This document shows positions 1-12,304 of a DNA stretch of 64,000 nucleotides, piece by piece. A model generated the notes under the pieces. It did not search any database, was not told where the DNA came from, and saw nothing but the letters and a program-made list of their open reading frames with translations. Position 1 is the stretch's first letter. The number at the start of each line of letters is the position of its first letter. Origin of the DNA: Botryllus schlosseri (lineage: Eukaryota); assembly GCA_051294905.1 (NCBI GenBank), contig CM119383.1, positions 9,362,001 through 9,426,000 of the forward strand. The letters are read 5' to 3'. Made by a program: the position numbers and the translations under genes.

Positions 1-296
1 TGTGTATTTCTAGTTCTATATTTATATTTGTATATCTATATGCAGGAATCATAAATACCGACGTTTCAGAAATCCCGCACAGGCGCCGTAATTATATCAG
101 ATGATTTTGTCCAGTAGTTGGGTCTTGGCTCCATGTAGTTCAACTCTGCTCTCCGTCCCATCATAAACATTGGCGGTAACTCCCATTTTTGTTGACCGAG
201 CGTATTTGCATAGCCACAACGTTACAACATGTTTGATTCTACTACAATCGAATCTACATCGTCACTAACGGTGAATACCGCCGTGATCCCTTGCAG

Positions 297-3200
297 AAAA
301 ACCGGGACCGTCTTCTCCGCGACGAAGATGTCTCGGCTCAGGCAAATGCGCAGCTCCAACAGCAGCTTGTGCAAGCCGAACGACGTTGCGGTGTCTACAT
401 GAAAAGATTTAACAAGCTTCAAGTACGCTCGTTTATCTTGAGTTCGCTACGCTATCTCGCTGGATTTTAGGGAGTGTCTGTACGTGTGTGTGTATGCAAA
501 CTAAAGTTATTTCAGTAGTTAGTCATTGTGGTTTCAAAACCGCGTTACCGGGATAAGGGTTACATTGTTTATGTCATGCCGTTTAATTTATCGTGTGTGA
601 ACTGACTTTGACAGTGTTTCGTGCCTTGATCTTGAATCCCTGTGTGCGCGTCGTAACTTTAAAATCTGATACCATTTAATTTGTCATGTGACTTATTGAG
701 CGTGAAATGTTATTATATTGCCTAAGATTAGGGCAAATGTGGTCATGGTAATTGTTGATGATAATTTAGTAGAAGTACTTTTCCTGTTCGACGAATCTCT
801 ACTCATTTACAAGTAAAATCAACTGCATTCAGACTAAAAACTACTTGAAGTAGAAAATGAAGCGTCTGAAAAATACGCAAGTAGTTTAAGTAATAAATTT
901 TGTAGTAATAGACTTTTTTTTATAGTCGGTCGCTTTTGATAACTCCCAAATTTGCAAGATGCATCTTGATTATTGACTAATAGAGAATAACCAGTAGGTG
1001 CAAATTATAATATTTTACCGTGGCACACGGGCTAGTCTCCACTGTTGCACATGACGATTTCACTCATTAAACAAGATGAAAACTTATCCGAATACTACTC
1101 TCTCTTTTTGGCAAAATGGTTATTGGTCAGTCTCTTTTGCATTCAATTGGTTTTACTTGCCTCGAAGTTTACACAAATTCTTCCATACTTATGCAGTCCG
1201 ACTACCACGTGCTAATCAGCATCACCGCGGAGCTAGTGGACTCGCTGGAACAAACGGTGCATGGAAAAATGGTCAGCGTGGAGTACCTTCAAAGCGTGTG
1301 CGCCCGGCTGTTCAGCAGCAGATCGGTCAGCAACAGCAACGTGGCCAGCGTGGATTTCACGCGGCCCGGGACGGCTTCCTCGCTGCTGAGAGCGTCGATA
1401 ATTCGCGAGAAGTAGGACTGGCGATAGTTTTTAGAGATCTGGCCGTTTCTTACGAGTAAACTATACACATACAGTCTCCACGAAAGCGAAGACGTGGCGT
1501 TGTTACCTTCGGTGGATTACAGTAAGATCAAGAGAGATCTCATGCAGGCTAACGACAGGACGAAGAGTCTTCTCCTGCAAGCTTTGAGATGGAGATTGAC
1601 AAGGTTTGGGCGATTTGTTTTTTCTGCCCTTCTGCATCGAATCTAATGTAGTGCCGGCAGCCCTTGCTGCTTTGGAAGATTTTGTCTTGTATCAAAGTTA
1701 CTGTATTCTAGGTAGTATACAGCGAGCCTGTGTGGATAGTGCCACCTATTAATGACATACTGTTGGTATCACTTGATTTTGGGGTTGATCTTGAATGTCT
1801 TGTAGTATTTTATCTAAACAATTTTGTGGATGCCTGCAATGTTATGATTTGTCCTGTTCTAATTTGTCCGTCCATGGACAGGTGGGCTTTACCAATTGAC
1901 TTGGCATCTGTGCTGTCAATCTTAATTGTCGAAGAAGTGGGAAGAAATCATGTCAGGCTTTGAGGGCGATCGCTTACTTGCACGTTTGCTTGCATGTTCG
2001 GTCAAGATCATGGTCATTGGTGTTAGTAGTGTAATATTGAAAAAATTGAGGGGCACATCGCACATACATCAGTGTGAAGCAAACGGTAGTGGCCGAGACA
2101 GCTCTCGACTAACCAAAAGCACAATACCAATACCATACTGATCAAAAACTCCGAAGCTGAAATTCTGAGTACGGCAGGGTTAGGCGCCACAGTTCAAGTA
2201 CACCAATAGGAGGTATGTATTGTCAGCACTATTTCTAGTGGCGGAGTGACTGTTGATTTCTTTAAGTTTGATACGTGAAAAGTGCTGTTTGGCTCTGAAA
2301 CTTGTCGCTTGGTGAAGCGTATTATTTCGGGAGAAGCTAAATTGAAAAGTATTATAGCGCTGGTTAAGATTACAGCACAGTGGCAATGATATTTTATGAA
2401 GCGTGACCAGTGACCACTATGACGAGCATGTAGTGTGACCAGCTCTTTTGCCTAAGACTAGAGCTTTAAACTTTAACTGTTCATTGGTTTTGGTTGCCTA
2501 AAATGTCATTTATGGCTGAATTTTCAACTCTTAATAGAATCAATGTGCCATCAAAGTGTCTGGATTTTCTTCGGCAGGACTCTTGTCGAACTACGTCGTA
2601 CCGACATCGCGCCGTGAAATTTTATATTGCTATGCCAGGTCTCTATCCGGGGAACAAAGGGACACGGTGGTGGACGCTTACATTTCAAACGATCTATTCG
2701 GGTGTCGGCCCGCCTCGAAACAAAATGGATATTCCTTGGTGCAACTTTTACGATCCCCAAGCATCACCGTGCGGCAATACACGGCGAGACTTTACAACGC
2801 GATCTCATCGCTGCAAAAAGGTTAAGGTTTTTTCTCTATCGCAGGTGACCTGCTATTTCACTCGAGTTTTTGTGTTTGTTCCAGGGAGGGCGTATTTGTG
2901 CGGTTACCCTTCTGGTGTGCGGCATCTGCTGACCGTTTTGCTGCAGTTGGACGAAGATTCCGATCGAATTACAAAGGAGCATTTGTTGGGCTGCTTGCAG
3001 AAGCTCAGCTTGCGAAGATCGTTGCAGACAATCATGATCGAAGGTGACGTGATGCTGACTGTAAATGCGTAATGTTGGCATCGTTATTTTTACACTTGGG
3101 AACATTTCTATTGCGTAGCCATGTTCAATGTTCGGTGATATTTTATATTGAGCATCACTTCATAGATTCGAGCTTCAAGACCTTAATCTTTTTACCAAAT

Positions 3201-6200
3201 CCCTATAATTGAATTCATATCAGTATATGGTATGGCAATTCGCGGTTTTGTGTCTTCTCGATGTCTGCATGTACTTCAGTTTGTTGTTATTGTGATGCTT
3301 ATTGCGTTTCGTAGTGACCTCCATCGTTGGTTGTGTGAGAATTCATCGTATTTTCGCCAATTCTCCGAAGCCCGTTTTTATTGAGGATATATCCTTTTTT
3401 TACGAAAACAAACAACGTCAATAAATAACTAGGACTAGACTCAATTTTTTAGTCATCAGTTCACGAAAAAGGCTGTGAGGTGATATTTGAACTGGAAAGT
3501 GGTGTCGGCCTTTATTTTGATTTTCATTTTACAAATTTTGCTGTTAAACTAATAAGAATTTTGGGCTGTCCTTAGTTTTTCATCCATATCGATGGGAAAT
3601 CTGCCTATAAATAACGTACCCACTACAGGCGATATGATCACGTGGCTTGTCAAGATTCTGCTGGACTTTCAAAGTCTCTCCGACTACATGCTGGAATACG
3701 CTATCGCCCTGCTGATGAATCTCTGCCTACGTTCGACCGGAAAACGAAAATGCGCGGAGATAGCGGAAGACGCTCTTCGGGTACGTATGTCGGTTTGTTT
3801 CATTCTCGGGCGTTCCCAGTTATCGACCGAGTTAATAACGATAGGTTCTCAGCAAACTGCTGGCTCACGAGAACTCTGAAATCCGGCCCTACGTGAACGG
3901 GGCGCTGTACAGCATTTTGAGCGATGCGACGGTCCGGTATATCGCGCAGGACATGGGGCTGGAAGAAATTTTGAAGTGAGTTCTATTGAATGATTTTCGA
4001 AACGTACGCTCACGCAAATGCGTCGTTGACTTTGAGACCCTAGTTACAATCTAGCCGTTGTCGGCTGTGAATGTTGTGTCGGCTGTGAATGCCGTATTAG
4101 CATTATTACTCATATTGCTCTAAAATCTGAATCATGCGTTTGATGGCCGGCTTGCCACTTCATGGCAGACTGTTCGCGTTAAACTCAGAATCTTGAAATT
4201 TTGATGATGTTTTTGTATTTAAAAGAGCTAAATTCATGCGTCAATCTTTTACCAACCACCCTCTACCGTATTTGGTGAATTTTTTGTCCTTGCTAGATGA
4301 GTACACTGCTACACTCCCACCATACAAGGTACTACTATCCTCCTGCCGTCATTCTCGCGAAAAAGTCAATTGACTGTGCTGGTCCTGTTTTTTTGGAACA
4401 CAACCTCATTCCAACAGGAATTATGGTACTCATCCCATTCCCAGCCGACCAATAACCAAATTTTTATTCAGTATTTGTAACATTTTTGACTGCAGGGTGT
4501 GATCAGACGAGTTACCGTACCCGGTGGCCCTATCGTTCACACACTTTCCTGCACCGTTGATACCGTTTGATATGTTAATGTGATTTTCTTTTCTGTTACA
4601 CATATTGATAAAGCTCTCTCTCTTTACTGTTTAATTTGATGCGAAACTAGAAAATATTATAAATACTTTGGAAATAATCTATGTTCTATTTTGGTTCCGA
4701 CAGAGACCTTATGGAAGGAGAACAGGACGAGTTTAAGCGTCAGCTCCAATTCATCATAAGGCAGCTGAATGCCGATCCCTCTAGTGACGAAGGCGGGAAC
4801 GAGTCGGATGACGAAAACGATGACGATGATGACGAGGTTGGAAACTTTGTGTTCTTTTTTTTCTTTGGAATGCGAGTAAGTTCATTTTGAATGTTTAGTC
4901 TGCAAATGTTCAAGCTCTGATGTGAGCTGATGAGATTTAAGCGGGGCTGAGCTAAATTGAGTGCCCGAATGATTCACATCCGAGTTGAGTACTTCCTAAT
5001 ATTATCATGATGTCATTGTCATAGCGGTTATTAGGTCCTGGAAAATTCATCCTTTTTGTAGACACCAGGAAAATAAAGTCAATTACGCGTCATTGAAAAT
5101 AATTTGACAATGAGTACTTGATATTGCCATGGGTTGATCACCAGCTCACAGTAATGTCCTTTCTGGTTATTGAATATGTTTCGTCAAAACTTTTCATGTA
5201 TTAGTGATTTTAGTGACTTGATCTTGAGACTTTTGGCTTCAAAAGTAAGAGCAGGCCAAAACCAGAACCTCACAGCTCAGGGGCGGGCAACATACGGCCC
5301 GCGGGCCGCATCTGTCCCGCGAAGGGATTTCAAGCGGCCCGCAGAGAGTTTCCGGTCTTACATGATAATGTGGCCAGCGGCCGGAGAATGGTGGTCATAA
5401 AAATAGTTGTACTGTTCGGGTCCACATACATTTGCGAGCATTTCGACCATGAAAATGAACAGACAAAGCCGCTTGCCAATCTGACTGATGCTCACTTGCA
5501 GTCATTAGCGAGGGTTTCTACGTCCGACATGCAACCAGAGTTCGAGGAACTTGTCGACAACTTTAATCGACCACCGATCCCATTGACTTCAACAGCTATT
5601 CAAGCATGTTACATTGATAAATTCATTAAATACTGTTTATTGGCATCAATGCTTTCAACTTAAAATTCACATTATATACGATTTCTTCCGTGTATATGGG
5701 GATAAATACACACCATTACTGTATCGATTTAGGAATCCGGCCCGCCAAGTACTTCATTTTCTTATATCCGGCCCGCCGATAGACCAACGATTATTTGATT
5801 AGTATAAAAAAATGGAAGTACTTTATTTTCATATCTTGGCCATGATTAATGTTGAAACAATGCGATAAACCTACAATTGGCCAAGATGTGACCGAGACAA
5901 ATCGAAATTTTACAAAAACTGATTTTCTATAAATTAGAATACTTTGATTCCACCGCGACGGTATATTCATTGTGGTCTGGTTGTGGCGACGCTTGTGAGT
6001 TCTATTACTATGGTCTCACCGACGAGAGCTGCTTTACAATTTCACGCGCGCATTTCCAGGACCAAGACGCGATGGAGGCTGACCTGGACAAGGACGAAAT
6101 ACTGCAGTTGAGATCTGGCGAATTATCCGGCGAGAACTTTCTGTGCGCCGACTACCTGGGCATCATGACGCATACGCAGAACGCGGTGAGTTTGACAATG

Positions 6201-9200
6201 TTTGGTCAAAGTAGTCGTCATTGCTACTCATGTGGGGTAAAATGAATGTAAATTTCTTCTCGAGTACAAGTGGGTGTATTGATTTCCAAGCGAGCATTCT
6301 AGGCCTAGTTTTGCCTAGAAAAACGACGAATGTTCTGTAGAAGTAGTCCAAAATCACAACCACTTGAGCAAGTATTGCGAATAGGCGAAACCTACTTGGG
6401 TACTCCAAAAAGCAGAGTAGCCTACTTTGGTACGGACCACGTCTGATGACAATCCATTTTCGTGCTCTTGCAGACATCTGCCACCTCTTTGCTGATAGAC
6501 GGCGGGATACCTCATCGTCCTACCACGCCGAGTCATTATCGAGTCGCCACGGAAACGACAAGGTCGTCGATGGTCAACGGTAGCCGTTCGATGGACGACA
6601 CAATGGACAAAGTCGACTTGTCGATGTCCTATCCGAGCACGGTGGGTCGAAATCATTGTCACTTGCGGAGATATCACGTTGTCCCATTTTTTACCCGCCA
6701 TGGAAATGTTTCAAATTTTGTCACCTTGAAAATTATGCGCTTTAACGCTCATTCTGCAAATATGGGACAGTCTAATTTCATGTTTTGTTATTTTGCCAAT
6801 GATGCTGGTCCGGTGTTTCAATCAATAAAATAATTTTGAAAAGTGTTGATTTGATTCAATTTGAGCCGAATCTTCGGTTTCTCATTCAAATCGACTGTCA
6901 TTTAATTTCGCGCGTCCTCTGTGAGAGCACAATCCACCTCCGCCGCAACAGAGTATTGTGATTCATTATTTTGATTATCAAACAAAAAACGAACAGGCAC
7001 TTCTTCGTTATTCCCCACACATCGAAAAAATGATCCCCATGACACCAATAAATGTTTCCCCATGGACATAAACAAAAAAATTCATAAACGTCAAAATGAA
7101 TTGTTTATCGTGTTGGGGTGGGATAGACGGATATTAGGGATGGGAGATATTGAGATGGGTTAGGGTTAGGATATCCTAAGATTAGGGTTGGGGATATTAT
7201 GGATGGGGAGGGAGATATTAGGGTGGGTTAGGGTTAGGATATCCTAAGATTAGGTTTGGGGATATTAGGGTCGGGAGATGTTAGGGATGGGTAGGGGGAT
7301 ATTGGGGGGGCTTAGGATATCCTAAGATTAGGGTTGGGAGATTAGGGATGGGGAGGGGATATTAGGGTGGGTTAGGGTTAGGATATCCTAAGATTCGGGT
7401 TGGGAATATTAGGGTGGGTTAGGATATCCTAATATTAGGGATGGGGGAGGGGTTATTAGGGTGGGTTAGGGTCAATGATAGGGTTAGGATATCCTAACAT
7501 TAGGGTTGGGGTGAAGATAATATTTCAAACCCTAATCTTGGGATACCCTGACCCCAAATTTAACCCTGATCTCGAGATATCCTACCTCAACCTTGACCCT
7601 AACCTACCCTAGCACCCGCAACCCTAATCTTAGAATATCCTAACCCACCCTAATAACCCCTTCCGCAGCCCTAATCCTAGGATATCTCAACCTTGACCCT
7701 AAACCATCGTAATACCACCTTCCCCAACCCTGATATCTTGAACCCGCCCCCAAAAACCCTTCCCACCACCCTAATATCTCCCACCCCGACCCTAATCTTA
7801 GGATATCCCAACCTTGACCCAAACCCACCCTAATATCCCCTTCCCACAATCCTAATATCTCCCATCCGACCCTAATATTCCCCTGGCCCTAATCCCAACG
7901 CGAAAAACAATTCATTTTGACGTTTATAAATTTTCACTTGTTCATGGGAATCATTTATTGGTTTCATGGTGATCACTTCTGGATGTGTGGGGAATAACGA
8001 AGAAGTGCCAACGAACAAACCATTATGGGTACAGAACTTCAGATTTACATTGAACGATTGTGTTCAATTGATAGTAATTTTTCAGTAAAAACTCTCGTCA
8101 GCAGGCAGCAGCTAATGTCAGTAATACAGTGAATCAAATTCCAAATTTAGGAAATATTTTGTCTGTCGGACATAGTACCGTAATAACAAAGTTTTGCCCT
8201 TGTTCCAGCTTGTGGCGGAAAGCAACTCGCTTCAGGACGCGAGGCCACCCACAGCGTCCACTCCACGACCCAGGGATCACCCTCAGTCTCGGCCGACAAC
8301 TTCGAAGCGAGCCGGCGGCTCGGCGTCTGGCAGCAGGTGCATATCTTAGGAGTTGTGCTGTTTTCGCAAGATCTTTATTGAGACTATATTCATTGAGGTG
8401 TGATTTTTATCTTCACCTCGAAGACTTGGTGTGTCCGTTATCATGATTTGACTGGATGATGACAAGCAGAGGTTACAGTAGCAATACAGAGATTCAGAAT
8501 CCGTTTATGTGATTGGTACAATCCGTTAACTCTTGATAAGGGACACACGCTCAGGGCTACAATTGATAAATTATATTTGGAACCAATATTCAAGTTTAGT
8601 ACTGCAAGTATTTGTAAAAAATTCTTTTTCCAGTCTTTCGAAAGTCGCTCGAAAATTGTAAATGATTTGAAATTCCTCATACAAATTTAAATCCTGTTAT
8701 GGCCATTCGCAATTCTAAATACATGTAATAATTATGTCACAACGTCAAAATTATTTTTATATTTCGAATTTGACTTACTACAGGCAGCAGTCTCGAATTC
8801 TTTGTTTAATTTTCTCATCTCGCAGTGTACGATTTTTCTTATCAATTTGCAGGCCCGGCAGCACGTCGTCGGTGCGTTCCACAGGATCGCGCAGTATTCG
8901 GAAAATGCCTCTCGACGAAGAGAGCAGCCGCCTCGTCGCAGACAAAACTGGAGCCGTGCGGAGCCTGGCTCCGCCCGCCAAGCAGGTCTTACCTCACCCT
9001 TCCGGGAACAAGTTAGAAGATGACCCTGACGGGTGAGTGTTACTGTAGGAGATGGTCAAAGAACGCCGCATTGGTACTCCGGTAGCTGCGGTCGTGGAAG
9101 TCCCGGCCCATACAGTGCCCAGGAAGTCTCAGTATCGTACTCAAGAAGTTGCATAAAGTACACCTGGTTGAGGGGTCGCATACTTGTAGCCGTTAATCGG

Positions 9201-10233
9201 ATGCGACTTCTTCGTAAATTGCGGAGTATCGCTTTGCAACTAATGCAAAATCGCGGATGACACCACAAACGGGCACAAATTATGAAAATCGATCGGGTTT
9301 CTGTGACACAGTTGATATGCCAATTTCTGACATGAAGGGCAGGTAAACATATCCCATTAAAATAATACAAACTTTAAATAGGACCGATAGTTTTGCCCAA
9401 AAACCGAAGTACAATTGTAAGCAGTCCAAATACATGACCACTACCTTCAGATGCAGCGTCGTGACTAACTTGAAATGGCTGGCGATACTACGAACGTGTG
9501 CAATTTTCGAAAATTTATGAAGTTATCACGATAATATCGCTATTTCGCTGAGTTGTTATGATAATTTCTTTGCTGCAATGCAGAAAATCCATAACTATTT
9601 TCTACCTCACGAAATCAAAAGTGTGTAAGTAGTTTTGCTTGTAAAACATTCAACTAGAAATGGAGGTAGTCTGAAAATATGGAACACCTGACTATGTAAT
9701 AAGAGTATGCAAGGATATTGAATATTTCTGAAAGCAGAGGTACTTTGGTATTGACCCCCTTGGCCTGGGTTGACTCGAGTCAAAACTATAAAAATGGGAT
9801 TGACTTGTTACTCGGAACCTTGTGACTTGGTTACAACCCTATCAGTTACACTGAAGCTGCTCAGTAGTGATGCATGCAGAATTGCAGATTGCACAAGTTA
9901 TTCCGATAGACTTCACTCCTAATCAAAACATAGCTGGTAGGGCTGATCACCAACCTTCCGAACCCCGTGACCTGACCGTGAACTATTTTTATATTCAGAA
10001 TCAAAGAATACACCACCGTGTTCAGCAGTCGACCCCGAATATTGAGGACACCCGACGTGTCAAATCACTCTCAGAGAGCACCCGCCAAGCCTTTCAATCC
10101 GACTTATTCGCAAAACGAGCCGAGATCTCGACCAAACTCGTCCTCCTCGTGGAGAGGATCGAGAGGAAGCGTTGGTAGCAACAACGGACGCAATTCTCAC
10201 GCGAGTATCTCCTCGCCCAGGAAGCAGAATTAA
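297..10233 (+). CDS. ARMC9: LisH domain-containing armadillo-repeat ciliary protein ARMC9, 5'-truncated by window edge
   Basis: Exons 297-422, 1197-1411, 1475-1603, 2639-2820, 2885-3043, 3629-3780, 3845-3975, 4704-4836, 6060-6185, 6474-6641, 8209-8336, 8853-9032, 9999-10233 join in frame with GT-AG ends (2064 nt). Peptides [69 protein letters not shown] and MEADLDKDE match recalled ARMC9. The last three exons are low-complexity and less certain. Confidence 0.93.
1900..2400 (-). mobile_element. possible degenerate CR1/L2-type LINE 3' fragment in ARMC9 intron
   Basis: Minus-frame peptide [25 protein letters not shown] resembles the 'HxYxTR...N.L.LP' C-terminus of CR1/L2 ORF2. No RT core is visible and boundaries are approximate. 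Confidence 0.3.
5278..5785 (+). mobile_element. non-autonomous hAT (Charlie/Buster-like) element with transposase C-terminal remnant
   Basis: Starts CAGGGGCGGGCAAC followed by repeated GGCCCGC subterminal motifs. Internal peptide [11 protein letters not shown]...[25 protein letters not shown] resembles the hAT dimerization region. No right TIR or TSD was found. Confidence 0.75.
6996..8009. mobile_element. foldback TIR element with inverted telomere-like (TTAGGG-variant) arrays
   Basis: ~120 bp imperfect TIRs begin GGCACTTCTTCGTTATTCCCCACACATC. A perfect 8-bp TSD AACGAACA lies at 6988-6995 and 8010-8017. A G-rich array (~7115-7512) is mirrored by a C-rich array (~7530-7895). Confidence 0.9.
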
Positions 10234-10586
10234 TCATCCTGTATCGAAAGATGTACGATTTATTTACTTGTGTAGAACTTCGAGCATTTTGTGTGTATAG
10301 TGTCTTTATTTTATAGACTTGTCTTTGTAAAACGATCTATTTTTCTAGCGGTGTTTTATTGCACATTGTCTTGTTCCTTCTTGGATGTAATTTTCGTTAC
10401 TGACTGATGTTGAACTGTGCTGACTGGTGTGTTTTCATATATTTTATCACTCACTGTTTTAGTTACCAAATATAAGATATTATGAGGGTGCTGTAAGTAA
10501 CTGTGCGTTGCTTTTCTGCTGTGTAACGTGTAGTGTAGTGTTATTTAGAAGTAAGCCGTGCTGTGTATTCAGCATCAGTTAATTGA

Positions 10587-10860
10587 TATTTTCATCATTT
10601 CAAAACACTACGAAAACTGTGATTCAATGAAAAGATAGGAAGGTGCGGAAACGACTGGAGGAGTAGTCTTTGAGATCAAACACCCACTTTTTCCGAGGCG
10701 AAATACAGAAGAGGCATGCACAAATGCACACTGAATGAAAAGTAAAGCAGAGAATATAAAGGCAAGTGACAAAATGAGGTAGTATTGACAGGTAGCAACA
10801 TTGGCGCAGCCAGGGGTGCAAAAGAGAAACTTCATTGCTTTGTCAGCCGATGCACTAAAA
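10587..10860 (-). repeat. dispersed repeat family A (~270 bp), copy 1
   Basis: Shares TTTCATCATTTCAAAAC...CGATACAATGAAAAGATAG...GAGGCATGCAC...CACTGAATGAA...ACAAAATGAGGT with copies at 11720, 29790, 45935 and 51215. Confidence 0.85.
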
Positions 10861-11719
10861 ACATAAATTGAATAAATAATACATGATCAGTTCTATAAGT
10901 GTGTAGTTATCTGTGTAACGGTACCAACGATATGATCATTGTGATCTTGGCTAAGCTGGAACCCAGGAGGTTAGAAGGAAATACCGGAGTGTATATTCAC
11001 TCCCGTATCTGTTCAGTATTCATGTTGAACCAAAATAAGAATTCGACGATTTGGCGGAACCTAGCCGCTATTGCCGTCCACAAAATTTCTGAGTTGGGCG
11101 CTACGTCGTCGTCTATGTGGACTGGCATAACGAGCCAGTGACGTTTCATCATTGCTATGCAAACCAATGATATATATATATATCATTGTGCTTGTGCAAA
11201 CTTACCCAAAAAATCCCCCCGGAAATTTTAGGGTAGTCGTTGGCGATCTTCGCAGAGTGCAGGACTGGTGGATAATTGATAACTTTTCTGTCATGCTTCA
11301 AGTGCGGAAGATAGAGAAAGGTGTGTAGTAGTATTGTGATGTTTTGAGTTGGCCTAAATTCGAATGCCACTTGCGCAAAGTCAGGTCTGTCAGCGCTCGA
11401 CACTGCGTAGCATATATCACCGGCAGAGGTCGCCGCGAAACCAGCTGTAGAATTCATGAGGGATGACGTCGCATGTGCATTGTGCAATCTACAACTGTTG
11501 TGGTTGTACAGCGTGCGGGTTTCACGAGATATCGTAGGAAAGTTGGCGATAAAAATTTAGTTTGCTAGATCTCAGATGACAACTGGATTTTCGTCGCATT
11601 CATTGCTCGCTTCTGTGAATTTCCATTCCTGCTGTTAGAGCGGATGTATTACGACTGGCGCTGGATAATGGTATTAAATCGATAGGCCTATGTTATTGTC
11701 CAGTATCAGTTTGTTAAGA

Positions 11720-12008
11720 ATTTCATCATTTCAAAACACCACAAGACTGCGATACAATGAAAAGATAGATGTCAAGACGTCTTGAAATAATCTTTGAAAC
11801 CAGACACCCATCTGGGCCTACGCCTAGGCGATGTAAAGAGGAGGCATGTGCACTGCAGTAGGTATGCTCGCATGCACAGTGCACACTGAATGAAGAGTAA
11901 AAGAAGAAAATATTATAAAGGACAAGCGACAAGATGAGGTGGCAAGTAACGGGAGGCGAGGAGATCGATATGTCAGGTGGTGGTCCGACAAACTTGTGGG
12001 CTGACTAG
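11720..12008 (-). repeat. dispersed repeat family A, copy 2
   Basis: Directly similar to 10587-10860 and 29790-30050. Confidence 0.85.
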
Positions 12009-12304
12009 TATTTATAGAGACTGATCGTGATCAGTAATAAATATCAACAGCAATTGAGTAAGAAAGTAACATATCACCATCCAACTGCGTTAAACTGAAA
12101 TTCAATGATAACAGATGATTCATTTCATGAGAATAATAATAGCCTATTATCATAGATGTTGTTTTCATTGAAATAATGAAATCTATACCACTTTAACCCT
12201 GCCTAATTCTAAGTTCTAATTAATTTAGTGTATGTTATTATTTAGAATAAAAAGTTAGGACTTCTGTACTGCCATTTTGAGTATAACTTGTGGCAGCCCG
12301 AACC

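Noticed and set aside
7115-7895. True telomere or chromosome-fusion site
   Set aside because: The repeats are degenerate, lie inside an intron, and are bounded by TIRs and an 8-bp TSD, so a transposon explains them.
9033-9270. Coding-like GC-balanced stretch after ARMC9 exon 12
   Set aside because: The exon frame hits TGA immediately, and other frames give short peptides with no recognisable family.
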